A DNA stretch of 64,000 nucleotides from Candidatus Latescibacterota bacterium (GTDB lineage: Bacteria; Latescibacterota; UBA2968; UBA8231), in the NCBI GenBank assembly GCA_965197905.1, contig CBDAOB010000004.1, positions 224,001-288,000 of the forward strand. The letters are read 5' to 3'. Both the position numbers and the translations under genes were made by a program. Positions 20,401 through 29,374 of this stretch are shown one piece after another. Within the stretch, counting starts at the first letter, position 1. Each line of letters begins with the position of its first letter. A model generated the notes under the pieces. That model was given only the letters and a program-made list of their open reading frames with translations. It was not told the DNA's origin and ran no database searches.

Positions 20401-21948
20401 CACCACCACCGATCCCGGTCTCTTGAAGCAGATGCTGTCCCCTATCGTGGCGGCGATGGTCGTATCGGACATCGACCAATCGCCGGCACCCACGATCACC
20501 TCCTCGTTGCCGTCGGAAAAACGGGCTCTCAGCTCCGCGGCATGGCGCTCACCGGCCCGCACCGCCCGAGGGAGTTTCGTTAGCACCCGTTCGAGGACGG
20601 TCCTAGGTTCCCCGGGAGAGAAGAGCTCGCCTTTCCCCGGCGGGGAGCTGTGACCGAGAAAAGGTCCTTTCCCCTCTGGCCAACGAACGACCGACTGGTC
20701 GTTACCCCAATCGGTGTGAAACATCGAATCGACGGTGTCGCCAAATGCGGAAAAGAGCAATACCCGATCGCCCCCATTGGTCAGACCGTTGCCGATGCGA
20801 CCGTTGGCGGCGTACCACACCTTGGAACCCGTTGAACCGCCGCCGCCGAACACGACGAGGTGTGCTGCAGGGGGAAGGATTGCGCCAGCTGGGAACTCGA
20901 ACATCTCGTCTGGGGGCTGATCGTCATCTCCAAGCCGCCACCCTGCCAGCGACACCGTGTCCGCACCGGCGTTGAACAGCTCCACGAATTCGTCCTCGTA
21001 ACTGTGTCGTACACCGTCGCCGTTAGCGTCTCCAGGCGAGCCTGCCGGGGGATCTGCCAGCACCTCATTGATAACGACCTTCAAATTCGCCGGCGGTTGA
21101 GGTATAGTCGGCTGCACGACCTGGATTTGAGCCTCCGTACTGGTTCTGCCACCGAATTCCGATCGCACGCCCGCAGTACCTTGCGACAACGCTTGAATCT
21201 GGCCCGCAAGATCGACTTGCAGAACGGCTGTGTCGGTGGAAATCCCGTTGAGTGTTGTAGAGTCGTTTCCCCCATCCGACCAGTAGAGGATCGACCGAAT
21301 CGAGACACGGGCACCGATCTCCACGGTCGTGTCGGCGGGTTCGATGGAGACAGAGTCCAGGACGGCCCGCGGTGTGCCGGGCGAGAAACAATCTCCTCTT
21401 CCCGGGGGATCGGCATGGGGCAGGAATTCGTCGCAGTTCTGCCTAGATCGCACAATGGATTGGTCCGCTGGCCACTCTGCGCTGACGGCCGAATCGATGG
21501 TATCGCCGGCCGCGTCGATCAGGAAGAGGACATCGCCACCATTGGAGAGACCGTTCCCCAAACGTCCGTCATCAACAAACGCCGCGGCCGCGAAACCCGT
21601 AGGTGCTCCGCCCCCAAAAACCAGCGCTCGCGCTCCAGGCGCCAGCAGCGAAGCTGCGGGAAACTTAAACCAGGATGGGATCGAGGTGTCGTCGTCACCC
21701 AGGCGCCAGCCGGAGAGATCAACCTGGTCCGGCCCGAGGTTCAGAATCTCTACAAACTCATCCTCGTAGGTATGCCGGGTGCCGTCGCCGTTGGCATCCC
21801 CTTCGATTCCGGGGGCAGGATCGGCAAGCACCTCATCGATCCGCACGCCGGATTCGCACGCCGCCGGTATCTCGGGCGGGGAGGAGACCGCGATAACGCA
21901 GACGCTGATAATTCGCCAAGGGGGTGAAACCCTGCGCAGCCCAGACAT
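17500..21948 (-). CDS. Large surface protein with 4 lamin-tail domains, Ig-like (Big_2/cadherin-like) domains and FlgD/T9SS-like C-terminal domain
   Basis: Four E[VLI]LADP...GD[AV]NxxG...DEFVE modules; WVSSDASV, DPDGDPL and DADGDAL motifs; C-terminal WPNPF...GSGVYL...RKLLCLR. Confidence 0.88.
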   Translation of the reverse strand: MSGLRRVSPPWRIISVCVIAVSSPPEIPAACESGVRIDEVLADPAPGIEGDANGDGTRHTYEDEFVEILNLGPDQVDLSGWRLGDDDTSIPSWFKFPAASLLAPGARALVFGGGAPTGFAAAAFVDDGRLGNGLSNGGDVLFLIDAAGDTIDSAVSAEWPADQSIVRSRQNCDEFLPHADPPGRGDCFSPGTPRAVLDSVSIEPADTTVEIGARVSIRSILYWSDGGNDSTTLNGISTDTAVLQVDLAGQIQALSQGTAGVRSEFGGRTSTEAQIQVVQPTIPQPPANLKVVINEVLADPPAGSPGDANGDGVRHSYEDEFVELFNAGADTVSLAGWRLGDDDQPPDEMFEFPAGAILPPAAHLVVFGGGGSTGSKVWYAANGRIGNGLTNGGDRVLLFSAFGDTVDSMFHTDWGNDQSVVRWPEGKGPFLGHSSPPGKGELFSPGEPRTVLERVLTKLPRAVRAGERHAAELRARFSDGNEEVIVGAGDWSMSDTTIAATIGDSICFKRPGSVVVWVRYLEVESEVETTVVSPPPNRPPVFVSDPDTTARENLLYRYTVDIADPDGDPLDLQLREGPPWLGLNDRLLSGRAEGRGKATVSLDLSDGIHWVEQRFSLRVAPLPDLVVTELLADPPSGNSGDANGDGTSDRFEDEFVEIHNRGASVDLSSWRLSDDDTAVSRQFVFPQGTVLRTGEYLVLFGGGQPRSVPGKVFVDDGKLGNGLTNSGDRVLLLSGAEADTIISLEYSSRANIDQSLLRRHDRYVPHTQLPGRGLFSPGTARNEYDRFSLDILDIAVGDEPRALALWGHSEEGSVKIDPSLPHWLFREDGIAQVNAAGLVEPLRAGTARIEAWVRSNYLTIGRVRVRPPPDPPNLKPIVLSTPDSTAYSGGHYRYPVRAEDPEHNSLNFTFVKAPDWLELHHATGLMTGKVPSAARTEEVAFQVTDGRGGLEVQEYKLRILPRPRVLISEILADPPTGMGGDVNRNGRRETYGDEFVELHNFGTIPLRLAGLHLKDARSRSNRAFSFPDWSVLPAGGRVAVFGSGNFENGVFFSAQGRIGGGLGNRADSVFVIDPEGPDTLARQSYDLRQDPGQSLCWDPGNKTPFLHSLLPGRDRHSPGLPRPVLRFARLVPGHLRLIADTAARLQVVGRYSDGMDQAIVDEAVWVSSDASVVAVTNDGDLTAVAPGIVEIRARVDTFEVRSSHVTVKRPLTQQLTFSPTWSKQAIPEGRVVLLNVRFSGEDRPTYGWKRNGGRLQETGARLAYSWSGAGEDTVEVEVGLFHERVRRRWVLFANRAPTITAADSVVIVGRLFALQLVGVDADGDALAYTLESGPQGLALNQRTGRISWRPTVSDLGSHELKINVSDGFNSTLSSFTLSVHRPAAKLSATSPDPHLVAWPNPFSAAVNLAIRGATTTVPVDAGLFDLAGQKLRTLRFDHLSAATPVAVWNGTNDRGAQVGSGVYLAVVEYNGRQLVRKLLCLR

Positions 21949-22111
21949 GGGCTCCGCGGGGGCAATATCCGCACCAGGGTCGTATTCTCACTAACTTCTG
22001 AAAGCGACGGAACTTAGGAAGGAAGAAGGAAAACGAGGTTGTTACGGAACGGCTACAGTGGTGCCTGTTGGACGAATCGTTGACGGTGCGAGATCCGGAG
22101 GGGTTATGATC

Positions 22112-23035
22112 TCAGAAGGTGCCGCTTACGGATACCCGGTGGACATCTCCGAGGTCGGGGAAGGAAGTGAAGGCATAGTCCAGCCGATACCCCTGCATCA
22201 AGAAGCCGGTGCCGGCGCTGACACCGAGCGGGTCGTTTCCCTCCAAGCCGGTTTGCTGAAGACTGTAGCCCGGGCGCAGGTAGAAACCCCGACCAACACG
22301 AAACTCGGCGCCGAACGCGAAATAGGCGTCGTTGTCATTGGGCACATTGAGATCGGCTAGAATGATCACCGGAACGGGGGCGTGCGCCGGTCTGTGGGTG
22401 ATGCCGACGCTGAAGTTTACCGGCAGCGAATCCTTGGATCCGCCGGCAAACGCGCTGCGCACCGTACCCACATTCGACAACGCCGCTCCGACGGTCATAC
22501 CCGGAATCGGGGCCGGTGCCAGCAGACCGACATCGGCCATGTAGGCATCGGATGAAAAGTCGTCTATCCGCGAGAAAACCGCCTTGAGGTTGACGCCGAG
22601 GGTCAACCAATCGCGCCACATCGGCTGCGCGCGGGTCAGATAAACCGCCAGATCGGAAGCGCCAAAGCTGCCGAGGTCCTGACCCTGAGCGTCCGTGCGG
22701 CGCATATCTCCGTAGTTGAAATAGTTCAGGCTCAATGCCCACACGTGCCCGTCGCCAGGGAATGCGGCACTGGCAAATCCCGCTTCCGTATCGACGAGAT
22801 ACCGGGTGATGGAAACGGTGCCGGCGCGATCGTTCAATCCTAGAAGTCCCGCAGGATTCCAGGTCGTTGATTCCAAATCGCCACTCACCGCCACAAAGGC
22901 GCCGCCCAGCGCGGAGGCGCGGGCGCCGACGGGGATCTTGAGGAAGTTGAAACCGGTGGTGCCGGCGTTTTCGTTAATGGCAAACGCGGGACACGATGCC
23001 AAAAGCAAGATGAGAATTCGGTTCAGGTTGCGCAT
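22112..23035 (-). CDS. PorV/PorQ-family outer-membrane protein
   Basis: Signal peptide, FLKIPVGARASALGGAF, WNPAGL, C-terminal DYAF...LGDVHRVSVSGTF. Confidence 0.85.
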   Translation of the reverse strand: MRNLNRILILLLASCPAFAINENAGTTGFNFLKIPVGARASALGGAFVAVSGDLESTTWNPAGLLGLNDRAGTVSITRYLVDTEAGFASAAFPGDGHVWALSLNYFNYGDMRRTDAQGQDLGSFGASDLAVYLTRAQPMWRDWLTLGVNLKAVFSRIDDFSSDAYMADVGLLAPAPIPGMTVGAALSNVGTVRSAFAGGSKDSLPVNFSVGITHRPAHAPVPVIILADLNVPNDNDAYFAFGAEFRVGRGFYLRPGYSLQQTGLEGNDPLGVSAGTGFLMQGYRLDYAFTSFPDLGDVHRVSVSGTF

Positions 23036-23063
23036 ATACTCCTTCAAACGGTTGAATCGCTCG

Positions 23064-24521
23064 TTAAACGCACCAGTCGGCCGCCTGTTCCAGAGCTCGC
23101 CCGGCGCGCAGCAGGAGCTGTTCCTGGAACGGCGCTGCCAGGAGCTGCACACCGATCGGCAAACCCTCGCTGTTGGCGGTGTACGGAATCGAAATTCCAG
23201 GTATGCCAGCCAGGTTCACCGAAACGGTGTATACGTCATTCAGGTACATCTGCAGCGGATCGTCCATGTTTTCCCCGATGGGAAAGGCCACCGTTGGAGC
23301 AACCGGTGCCAGAAGAACCTCAACCGTCTCGAACGCCCGCTCGAAGTCGTTCTTTATCAACGTGCGAACCTTTTGGGCTTTGAGATAATAGGCATCGTAA
23401 TACCCGGCGCTCAAGGCGTAGGTTCCGAGCATGATCCTGCGTTTGACCTCAGCGCCGAATCCCGTACTGCGTGTTTGCCGGTACATCTCCTGAAGGTCAG
23501 CATCCCCATCAGCCCGGTAGCCGTACTTCACTCCGTCGTAGCGGGTGAGATTTGCGGACGCTTCACCCATGGCGATGAGGTAGTAGGCGCCGATGCAATA
23601 CTCCGGATGGCCGGCAACCGGGAGATCGAGCTCTACCACCTCGGCTCCCTGCTGGCGCAGGTTTTCAGCGGCGCTCATCACTGCGGTGTGGATCTCCGGA
23701 TCGAGACCGGGGCCGAAATGCTCTTTAGCGAGACCGACCCTCAATCCCGAGACGCCGTTGTCCAATCCGGCACAATAATCCGTGGCCGGCATCTTTACGG
23801 ACGTGGCATCACGCTGATCGTACCCGGCCACCACGTTGAGGAGAAGAGCGGCGTCTTCCACGTCCTTGGCTACGGGGCCGATCTGGTCGAGTGAGGAGGC
23901 GTACGCCACCAAACCGTATCGGGAAACCCTGCCGTAGGTCGGTTTCAAACCCACGACGCCGCAGTAGCCTGCCGGCTGCCGCACCGACCCGCCGGTGTCG
24001 GACCCCAACGCCAGGATGGTCTCGTGGGCGGCTACGGCTGCCGCAGACCCACCACTGGAGCCACCTGGCACGCGGGCGGGGTCTCGCGGATTGCGTGTCG
24101 GACCGAAGTGGGAATTCTCCGTGGAGGATCCCATCGCGAACTCATCCATATTCGTCTTGCCGACGAGTACCGCATCAGCTTCTCGCAATCTGGCCACCGC
24201 GGTGGCGTCATACGGCGCCACGAAATCGCTCAGAATCCGCGAACCACAGGTGGTCCTTCCCTTTTTGACGCAGATCACGTCTTTGATGGCAACGGGGATT
24301 CCCCCGAGCGCCCCTAACTCTTCCCCCGAGGCACGGCGCGCATCGACCGCACTGGCCTGTTCGCGGGCGGACTCGGAATCGACGCTGATGTAAGCGTTGA
24401 TCTCGCCATCGTTAGACTCAATAGCGCGCAGCACCGCTTCGGTCACCTCCAGCGAGCTGACCCGACCCGCAGCCATCTGCGCGGACAGATGATGGGCGGT
24501 GGTTCTATTGAGCGAGTTCAC
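23064..24521 (-). CDS. gatA: Asp/Glu-tRNA amidotransferase subunit A
   Basis: GKTNMDEFAMGSSTENS, PGGSSGGSAA, GSDTGGSVRQP, EVKRRIMLGTYALSAGYYDAYY. Confidence 0.97.
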   Translation of the reverse strand: MNSLNRTTAHHLSAQMAAGRVSSLEVTEAVLRAIESNDGEINAYISVDSESAREQASAVDARRASGEELGALGGIPVAIKDVICVKKGRTTCGSRILSDFVAPYDATAVARLREADAVLVGKTNMDEFAMGSSTENSHFGPTRNPRDPARVPGGSSGGSAAAVAAHETILALGSDTGGSVRQPAGYCGVVGLKPTYGRVSRYGLVAYASSLDQIGPVAKDVEDAALLLNVVAGYDQRDATSVKMPATDYCAGLDNGVSGLRVGLAKEHFGPGLDPEIHTAVMSAAENLRQQGAEVVELDLPVAGHPEYCIGAYYLIAMGEASANLTRYDGVKYGYRADGDADLQEMYRQTRSTGFGAEVKRRIMLGTYALSAGYYDAYYLKAQKVRTLIKNDFERAFETVEVLLAPVAPTVAFPIGENMDDPLQMYLNDVYTVSVNLAGIPGISIPYTANSEGLPIGVQLLAAPFQEQLLLRAGRALEQAADWCV

Positions 24522-24656
24522 GGGGGCGAATAATCCTGAAGAAGCACTGAGGAGCTACAAATTACGGATGCCCTGTAACCGGGTACCACGAAGACGGACC
24601 GTCTGGCACGCGGGGGAAACGCACAGAGCGGGAGGCCGACTGGCTAGGAGTCGATC

Positions 24657-24935
24657 TCAACGCTTCGGAGTCTCGGTTGTCGTGGTGGATTCCGGGGTCG
24701 AGCTGTTGGAGGGGTCTTGAGGGACCGATTGCTGGGGGGTCGAGGTTTCGATGGTACTGGACGAATTCGAAGAATTGCTGACGTCTATCTCCTCCTGCAC
24801 GTCGCGCATGGCGCGGCGGAATTCGCGAATGCCCTTTCCAAGTCCCTGGGCCATTTCGGGAATCCGCTTGGCGCCAAAGATGAGCAAGATTACCAAGAAT
24901 ATGATCAGAATTTCCCAATGACCCATGCCGAACAT
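24657..24935 (-). CDS. tatA: Twin-arginine translocase TatA/E subunit
   Basis: GMGHWEIL...LLIFGAKRIPE...LGKGIREFR; GGAGG RBS. Confidence 0.94.
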   Translation of the reverse strand: MFGMGHWEILIIFLVILLIFGAKRIPEMAQGLGKGIREFRRAMRDVQEEIDVSNSSNSSSTIETSTPQQSVPQDPSNSSTPESTTTTETPKR

Positions 24936-24976
24936 GGCGATACCTCCAGAAGTAGGAAACTCGGCCTACAATGCGG

Positions 24977-25273
24977 TCAATACGAATATTTGTAGTAATA
25001 CCAACCGACAAAAATGCCGAGCAGGGTGACCAGATTGAACTTGAGTAGCAATTCGAAAGAGAAGGACAGAATGATGAGGTTGAACATGTGTGGCCCGATG
25101 TTGTACTCGATGTACTGCAGCAGGGCCCGCTCAACGATGCTACCCTCGCCGGCGATGAAGTGCAGCACCGATCGCAGCGCTTCGCCGATGATGTTGGCGC
25201 CCAGCATACTGACGAACAGAATCAGGATCAGGACGCCGATGCTCTTTCGCAGCAACATGAGAGCGCTGATCAA
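24977..25273 (-). CDS. Small membrane protein (DUF4321-like)
   Basis: Hydrophobic helices, LKFNLVTLLGI ending, in-operon position. Confidence 0.7.
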   Translation of the reverse strand: MISALMLLRKSIGVLILILFVSMLGANIIGEALRSVLHFIAGEGSIVERALLQYIEYNIGPHMFNLIILSFSFELLLKFNLVTLLGIFVGWYYYKYSY

Positions 25274-25278
25274 TCAAT

Positions 25279-26004
25279 TCAGGCGTGTTGGGTCGCCGTA
25301 TCGCTGAGAACACCTGCTGCCCAGCGGTAGATGCCCGATAGAATGTAGATCATCACCAGCGGGAAGAAGAGATGTTGGGTGTTTGGGTGAATGATCAATA
25401 CCACGGCCACGACGAAGTAAGTCTGTTTGAAGCGATCCCCGAAACCGGAACCACGAAAATTCGGCATGGCGTCGTACTCGACGCGACTGACCATCATCGC
25501 GCTCAGCAGCAAAACCACCAGGGTCGAGATTGCCACCCCGTGACTGCTTTCCCAAGTGTGTTCGGTAAAGACCACGTACTGACTCAAACACACGGCCGCC
25601 ATTGGAATTGGAAGACCCGTATAGAACGAACTCTTCTCTTCGTCATCGTTCTCGTCCAAGGTCAAGGTATTAAAACGCGCCAGACGCAGGGCTCCGCAGA
25701 GCAGGAAAATAAACGCCGCCACGAGCCCCCAGCCGTGACCGAGCTGGCTATGATAGATCAGCAGGGCGGGGACGACGCCAAAGGTGCAGACGTCAACCAG
25801 TGAATCGAATTCGATGCCGAAATGAGAGTCTTTGCCGACGAAGCGGGCGATCTTGCCGTCCATCTTGTCCAACACGGCGCCCAATACAATGAGCCAGGCC
25901 GCCGAGGTGTAATTCGCTTTGAGTCCGTAGTGCAGCGCGAGAAACCCACAAAACAGGTTTCCGATGGTGAACAGATTCGGAAGAATGGTTCTATACATTG
26001 CCAA
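25279..26004 (-). CDS. pssA: CDP-diacylglycerol--serine O-phosphatidyltransferase
   Basis: LPNLFTIGNL, DKMDGKIAR, FGIEFDSLVD, LRLARFN, GLPIP; adjacent to psd. Confidence 0.94.
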   Translation of the reverse strand: MAMYRTILPNLFTIGNLFCGFLALHYGLKANYTSAAWLIVLGAVLDKMDGKIARFVGKDSHFGIEFDSLVDVCTFGVVPALLIYHSQLGHGWGLVAAFIFLLCGALRLARFNTLTLDENDDEEKSSFYTGLPIPMAAVCLSQYVVFTEHTWESSHGVAISTLVVLLLSAMMVSRVEYDAMPNFRGSGFGDRFKQTYFVVAVVLIIHPNTQHLFFPLVMIYILSGIYRWAAGVLSDTATQHA

Positions 26005-26635
26005 GAACCCCCATTACGGTTACTCCGGCTCGAACCCGATCGCCGACGGCAACGCGTATCTCCGAGTTAGCGGGTAAGATCAGGTCGACCCGCGATCCAA
26101 ATCGAATGAGCCCAAAGCGGTCCCCTTTTTCCACGGTGTCTCCATTCTGCAGCCGGCAAACGATCCGGCGGGCAACGATGCCGACGATCTGTTTCACAAC
26201 AATGAGCGTCGAGCCGGTCTGAATTCCGACAACGCTCTGGTGGTTGTCCACCGACGCCGCATCGACGAAAGCGGCGCGAAACCGGTCCCCGCGCCATTTG
26301 ACGAAGTCCACGACGCCCGAAACGGGGACGCGGTTGACATGGACGTCGAAGACCGAGAGAAAGGTGCTGATCTGAACCGCTTCGCCACCACCGTGCGGTT
26401 CGCTTTCGATCTGCTCGATCCCCACCACCTTGCCGTCGGCGGCGGCCAGAACAAGGCTCGGGTCGATCGGCGACAAACGTTCGGGATCGCGAAAAAAATA
26501 GGCCATGAAAAGCCCGACAATCCCGAAGATCCCGGCGCCGTAGACCAGTTCAGGCACCCACCGCGATGCCACTAAAAAGACCAACGCAAGCAGCAGCGCA
26601 ACGCCAAGAAACGGCCATCCCTCTCGAGCCATCAA
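25991..26635 (-). CDS. psd: Phosphatidylserine decarboxylase proenzyme
   Basis: FFRDPER, ADGKV, DVHVNRVP, IRFGSRVD autocleavage motif. Confidence 0.95.
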   Translation of the reverse strand: MMAREGWPFLGVALLLALVFLVASRWVPELVYGAGIFGIVGLFMAYFFRDPERLSPIDPSLVLAAADGKVVGIEQIESEPHGGGEAVQISTFLSVFDVHVNRVPVSGVVDFVKWRGDRFRAAFVDAASVDNHQSVVGIQTGSTLIVVKQIVGIVARRIVCRLQNGDTVEKGDRFGLIRFGSRVDLILPANSEIRVAVGDRVRAGVTVMGVLGNV

Positions 26636-27753
26636 TAGTATCTGGCGCGCCTCTGCGGCCGTTCTCCGATGCGCATGCGAATGGCACGCACCTCACCCCC
26701 CCGGACCACCTCCACGGTACATTCCTCGTCTACCCGCAGGCTGCGCAGCACGGCTCCGGCTTCTTCGGCGCTGCGAATCTTCTCGCCGTTGATTCCGACG
26801 ATGACATCGCCATGTTCGAGTCCGGCAACATAAGCGGGGCTTTCGACGGCAATCTTTGCCACCAGCGCACCGTCGGTCGAGGTGAGGTCCAGATATTCCA
26901 CCAAAAGCTGGGTCAGATCCTGAAGACCCAGGATTCCGGACCAGGGCCTCCGGGCCTGCCCGTGTAACCTAACCTCTTCCAGAAAGCTGCGGGCGGCATT
27001 GATCGGGATCGCAAATCCGATGCCGATTGAGCCGATGCTGTATTCGCTACCCGTATAGATGAAACTATTGATTCCGATAACGTCGCCCGCGGCATTTACC
27101 AGGGCTCCGCCGCTGTTTCCAGGATTGATGGCGGCATCGGTCTGAATCATGTCGCGGTAGTAGTAATTTCCCTTTGGCTGCTGGAAATCGCGATTGACCG
27201 CGCTGACTACTCCGATACTGACCGTCGGTCCCAGGTCGAATGGGTTGCCGATAGCGATCGCCCATTCACCCACCAGAATATCGTCCGAATCACCTAGGGG
27301 CGCAAATGGAAGATCGGTCTCCTGGACCCTCAGAACAGCCAGGTCCGAAGCCCAATCGCCGGCGACGTATCTGGCTTTGACGGAACGCCCGTCCGGTAGC
27401 GAAATGGCTATCCGGCTGAGGCCCCGACGATCGCCGATGACGTGGTCATTGGTAAGTATAAACCCTTCTCCTGCAATGATTCCCGACCCTCCAGACGTGC
27501 GATCACGCTCCTGCAAAAAGTAGGGCGAGAAGGGCATCAGGAACTCTCTGAAGGGATCGCGATAGCGCCGGTACAGCACACGGTGGGTCACGTGAACGCT
27601 GGCCACAGCGGGTTGAACCCGCTCCACGGCGCGCACGACGGCGGTACGCCTCGACGCGTCGATCTCAGTGGTCGACGCGTCCGAACCATACGGAGGGAGA
27701 AACAGAACCGACACCGCGGCAAGCGCCAACGAACGAAGCGGCAGAAACGTCAT
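26632..27753 (-). CDS. HtrA/DegP-like serine protease with one PDZ domain
   Basis: TNDHV, SDLAV, QTDAAINPGNSGG triad; C-terminal PDZ. Start estimated. Confidence 0.92.
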   Translation of the reverse strand: MTFLPLRSLALAAVSVLFLPPYGSDASTTEIDASRRTAVVRAVERVQPAVASVHVTHRVLYRRYRDPFREFLMPFSPYFLQERDRTSGGSGIIAGEGFILTNDHVIGDRRGLSRIAISLPDGRSVKARYVAGDWASDLAVLRVQETDLPFAPLGDSDDILVGEWAIAIGNPFDLGPTVSIGVVSAVNRDFQQPKGNYYYRDMIQTDAAINPGNSGGALVNAAGDVIGINSFIYTGSEYSIGSIGIGFAIPINAARSFLEEVRLHGQARRPWSGILGLQDLTQLLVEYLDLTSTDGALVAKIAVESPAYVAGLEHGDVIVGINGEKIRSAEEAGAVLRSLRVDEECTVEVVRGGEVRAIRMRIGERPQRRARYY

Positions 27754-27821
27754 AATATTAAGAATAACAAATATATACGTGCGATTCAAGACGACGAAGA
27801 CGGGCTCGAAGTCGGATAGGA

Positions 27822-28580
27822 TCAGGGATAGATGACCGACACCAGGCACAGACCGCGGGCTGGCGCGGTTGGACCGGCCTGGGTACGGTCGCCAGAAGCC
27901 AGCAGGCCGGGGATGTCGCTGGCCGGACGCCGACCAACGCCGATCTCGACCAAGGTTCCGACGAGGATGCGCACCATGTGACGCAGAAACCGGTTGGCTT
28001 CGATCTCCAGGACGATCTCGCGGCCCTGTGACTCTATCTCACATTCGCGAACCTGGCATTCGAACCGATCGGGGGGTGGGTCCTTCTTGCAAAATGCCGC
28101 GAAATGGTGCTCGCCCACCAAGTGAGAAGCTGCCGCCCGCATCGATTCGAGATGGAGCGGTCGATAGCAGCTCCAACTCTGGTTGCGGGCAACGGCCGAT
28201 TTATCGGTGATAATGCGATACCGGTAGCGTTTGCCGATCGCGTTGTAGCGGGAGTGAAACTGTTCGGACACCGCCTCCACGCGATGAACGGCGATGTCGG
28301 AGGGTAAGAGGCCGTTTAGTCCGCGGTGAAGGCGATACAGAGGGATCGTTCCTCGCGCTTTGACGTGGGCCACCTGGGCCAGGGCGTGGGTGCCTGCGTC
28401 CGTTCGTCCAGAAGCCACCGGAACCACCCGCTCACCCAAGAGTATGCTCAACGCACTGGAGAGTTCACCCTGAACCGTGCGCCCCTCGCACTGACTCTGC
28501 CAACCGTGGAAGTCGGTGCCGTCGTACTCGATGGTGAGGCGGAGATTGCTCCAGGCTAAGGGAGATTCCGTGGCAGCCAT
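27822..28580 (-). CDS. truA: tRNA pseudouridine(38-40) synthase
   Basis: YDGTDFHGWQ, GRTDAGTHA, FLRHMVR, TAPARGL. Confidence 0.96.
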   Translation of the reverse strand: MAATESPLAWSNLRLTIEYDGTDFHGWQSQCEGRTVQGELSSALSILLGERVVPVASGRTDAGTHALAQVAHVKARGTIPLYRLHRGLNGLLPSDIAVHRVEAVSEQFHSRYNAIGKRYRYRIITDKSAVARNQSWSCYRPLHLESMRAAASHLVGEHHFAAFCKKDPPPDRFECQVRECEIESQGREIVLEIEANRFLRHMVRILVGTLVEIGVGRRPASDIPGLLASGDRTQAGPTAPARGLCLVSVIYP

Positions 28581-29368
28581 ATCAGAAACAACGCGACGGC
28601 AATGACGGCGATGGCAGCTCTGGCATCGCCCTGGTGGAAGCGCAACTCGCGGTAGTTGGTGCGTTCGATCCCACCGCGGTAGCAGCGGCTCTCCATGGCC
28701 AGTGCCAAACGATCGGCGCGGCCGAATGCCGATATGAACAGTGGTACCAAGAGGGGTATGAGTCGGCGAAGTCGTTGGATGGGATTGCCGCCGAAATCGG
28801 CGCCCCGCGCCAACTGGGCTTTGTAGAGGCGCTCCGCTTCCTCTATGAGAACCGGGACGAAACGCAACGAGATGGTCACCAACATCGCCATCTCGTGGGC
28901 CGGGAAACCGACGATGCGAAGCGGGTTTAGCAGGCGTTCCAGCCCATCGGTCAATTCTACCGGTGCTGTGGTCAGGGTCATCAAGGCTGCGGTGGTAATC
29001 ACAAGCGACAGCCGCACCGTGAAGAATGCACCCTGGTACAATCCTTCGCGGCTTATCGCCGCATTCGCCAACGGAAGCTCGACCAAAACGGATCCGGGCG
29101 TCATCAGCGCGTGCATGGCGAGGGTGAAGAAGAACAGCCAGATAAACGGACGGAGATTCCTTACGATCATGGCCGCGGGAAGCTTCGACAATGCGACGGT
29201 GAATATGAGGAAGATCGAGAAGGCGAGCAGCGGCGCGAATCCATCCGCGATCAGCACCGCTGTCATGAGGACGACAGTGCCCAGAAACTTGGTGCGCGGA
29301 TCCAGCCGGTGGACCGGCGAATCGGACTCCACGTATTTGCCGATGGTGATGTCCTTGAGTACCGGCAT
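28556..29368 (-). CDS. ecfT: ECF transporter transmembrane component T
   Basis: VHRLDPRTK, LRFVP, AQLARG and AMESRCY conserved Arg motifs. Confidence 0.93.
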   Translation of the reverse strand: MPVLKDITIGKYVESDSPVHRLDPRTKFLGTVVLMTAVLIADGFAPLLAFSIFLIFTVALSKLPAAMIVRNLRPFIWLFFFTLAMHALMTPGSVLVELPLANAAISREGLYQGAFFTVRLSLVITTAALMTLTTAPVELTDGLERLLNPLRIVGFPAHEMAMLVTISLRFVPVLIEEAERLYKAQLARGADFGGNPIQRLRRLIPLLVPLFISAFGRADRLALAMESRCYRGGIERTNYRELRFHQGDARAAIAVIAVALFLIWLPRNLP

Positions 29369-29374
29369 GGAACC

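Noticed and set aside
20860..23894. Plus-strand ORFs of 355 and 362 aa
   Set aside because: Antisense to the LTD protein, porV-like gene and gatA; not protein-like.
24522..24656. gatC or an ncRNA between tatA and gatA
   Set aside because: No GatC-like ORF or recognisable RNA structure; gatA separated from gatC/gatB is common.
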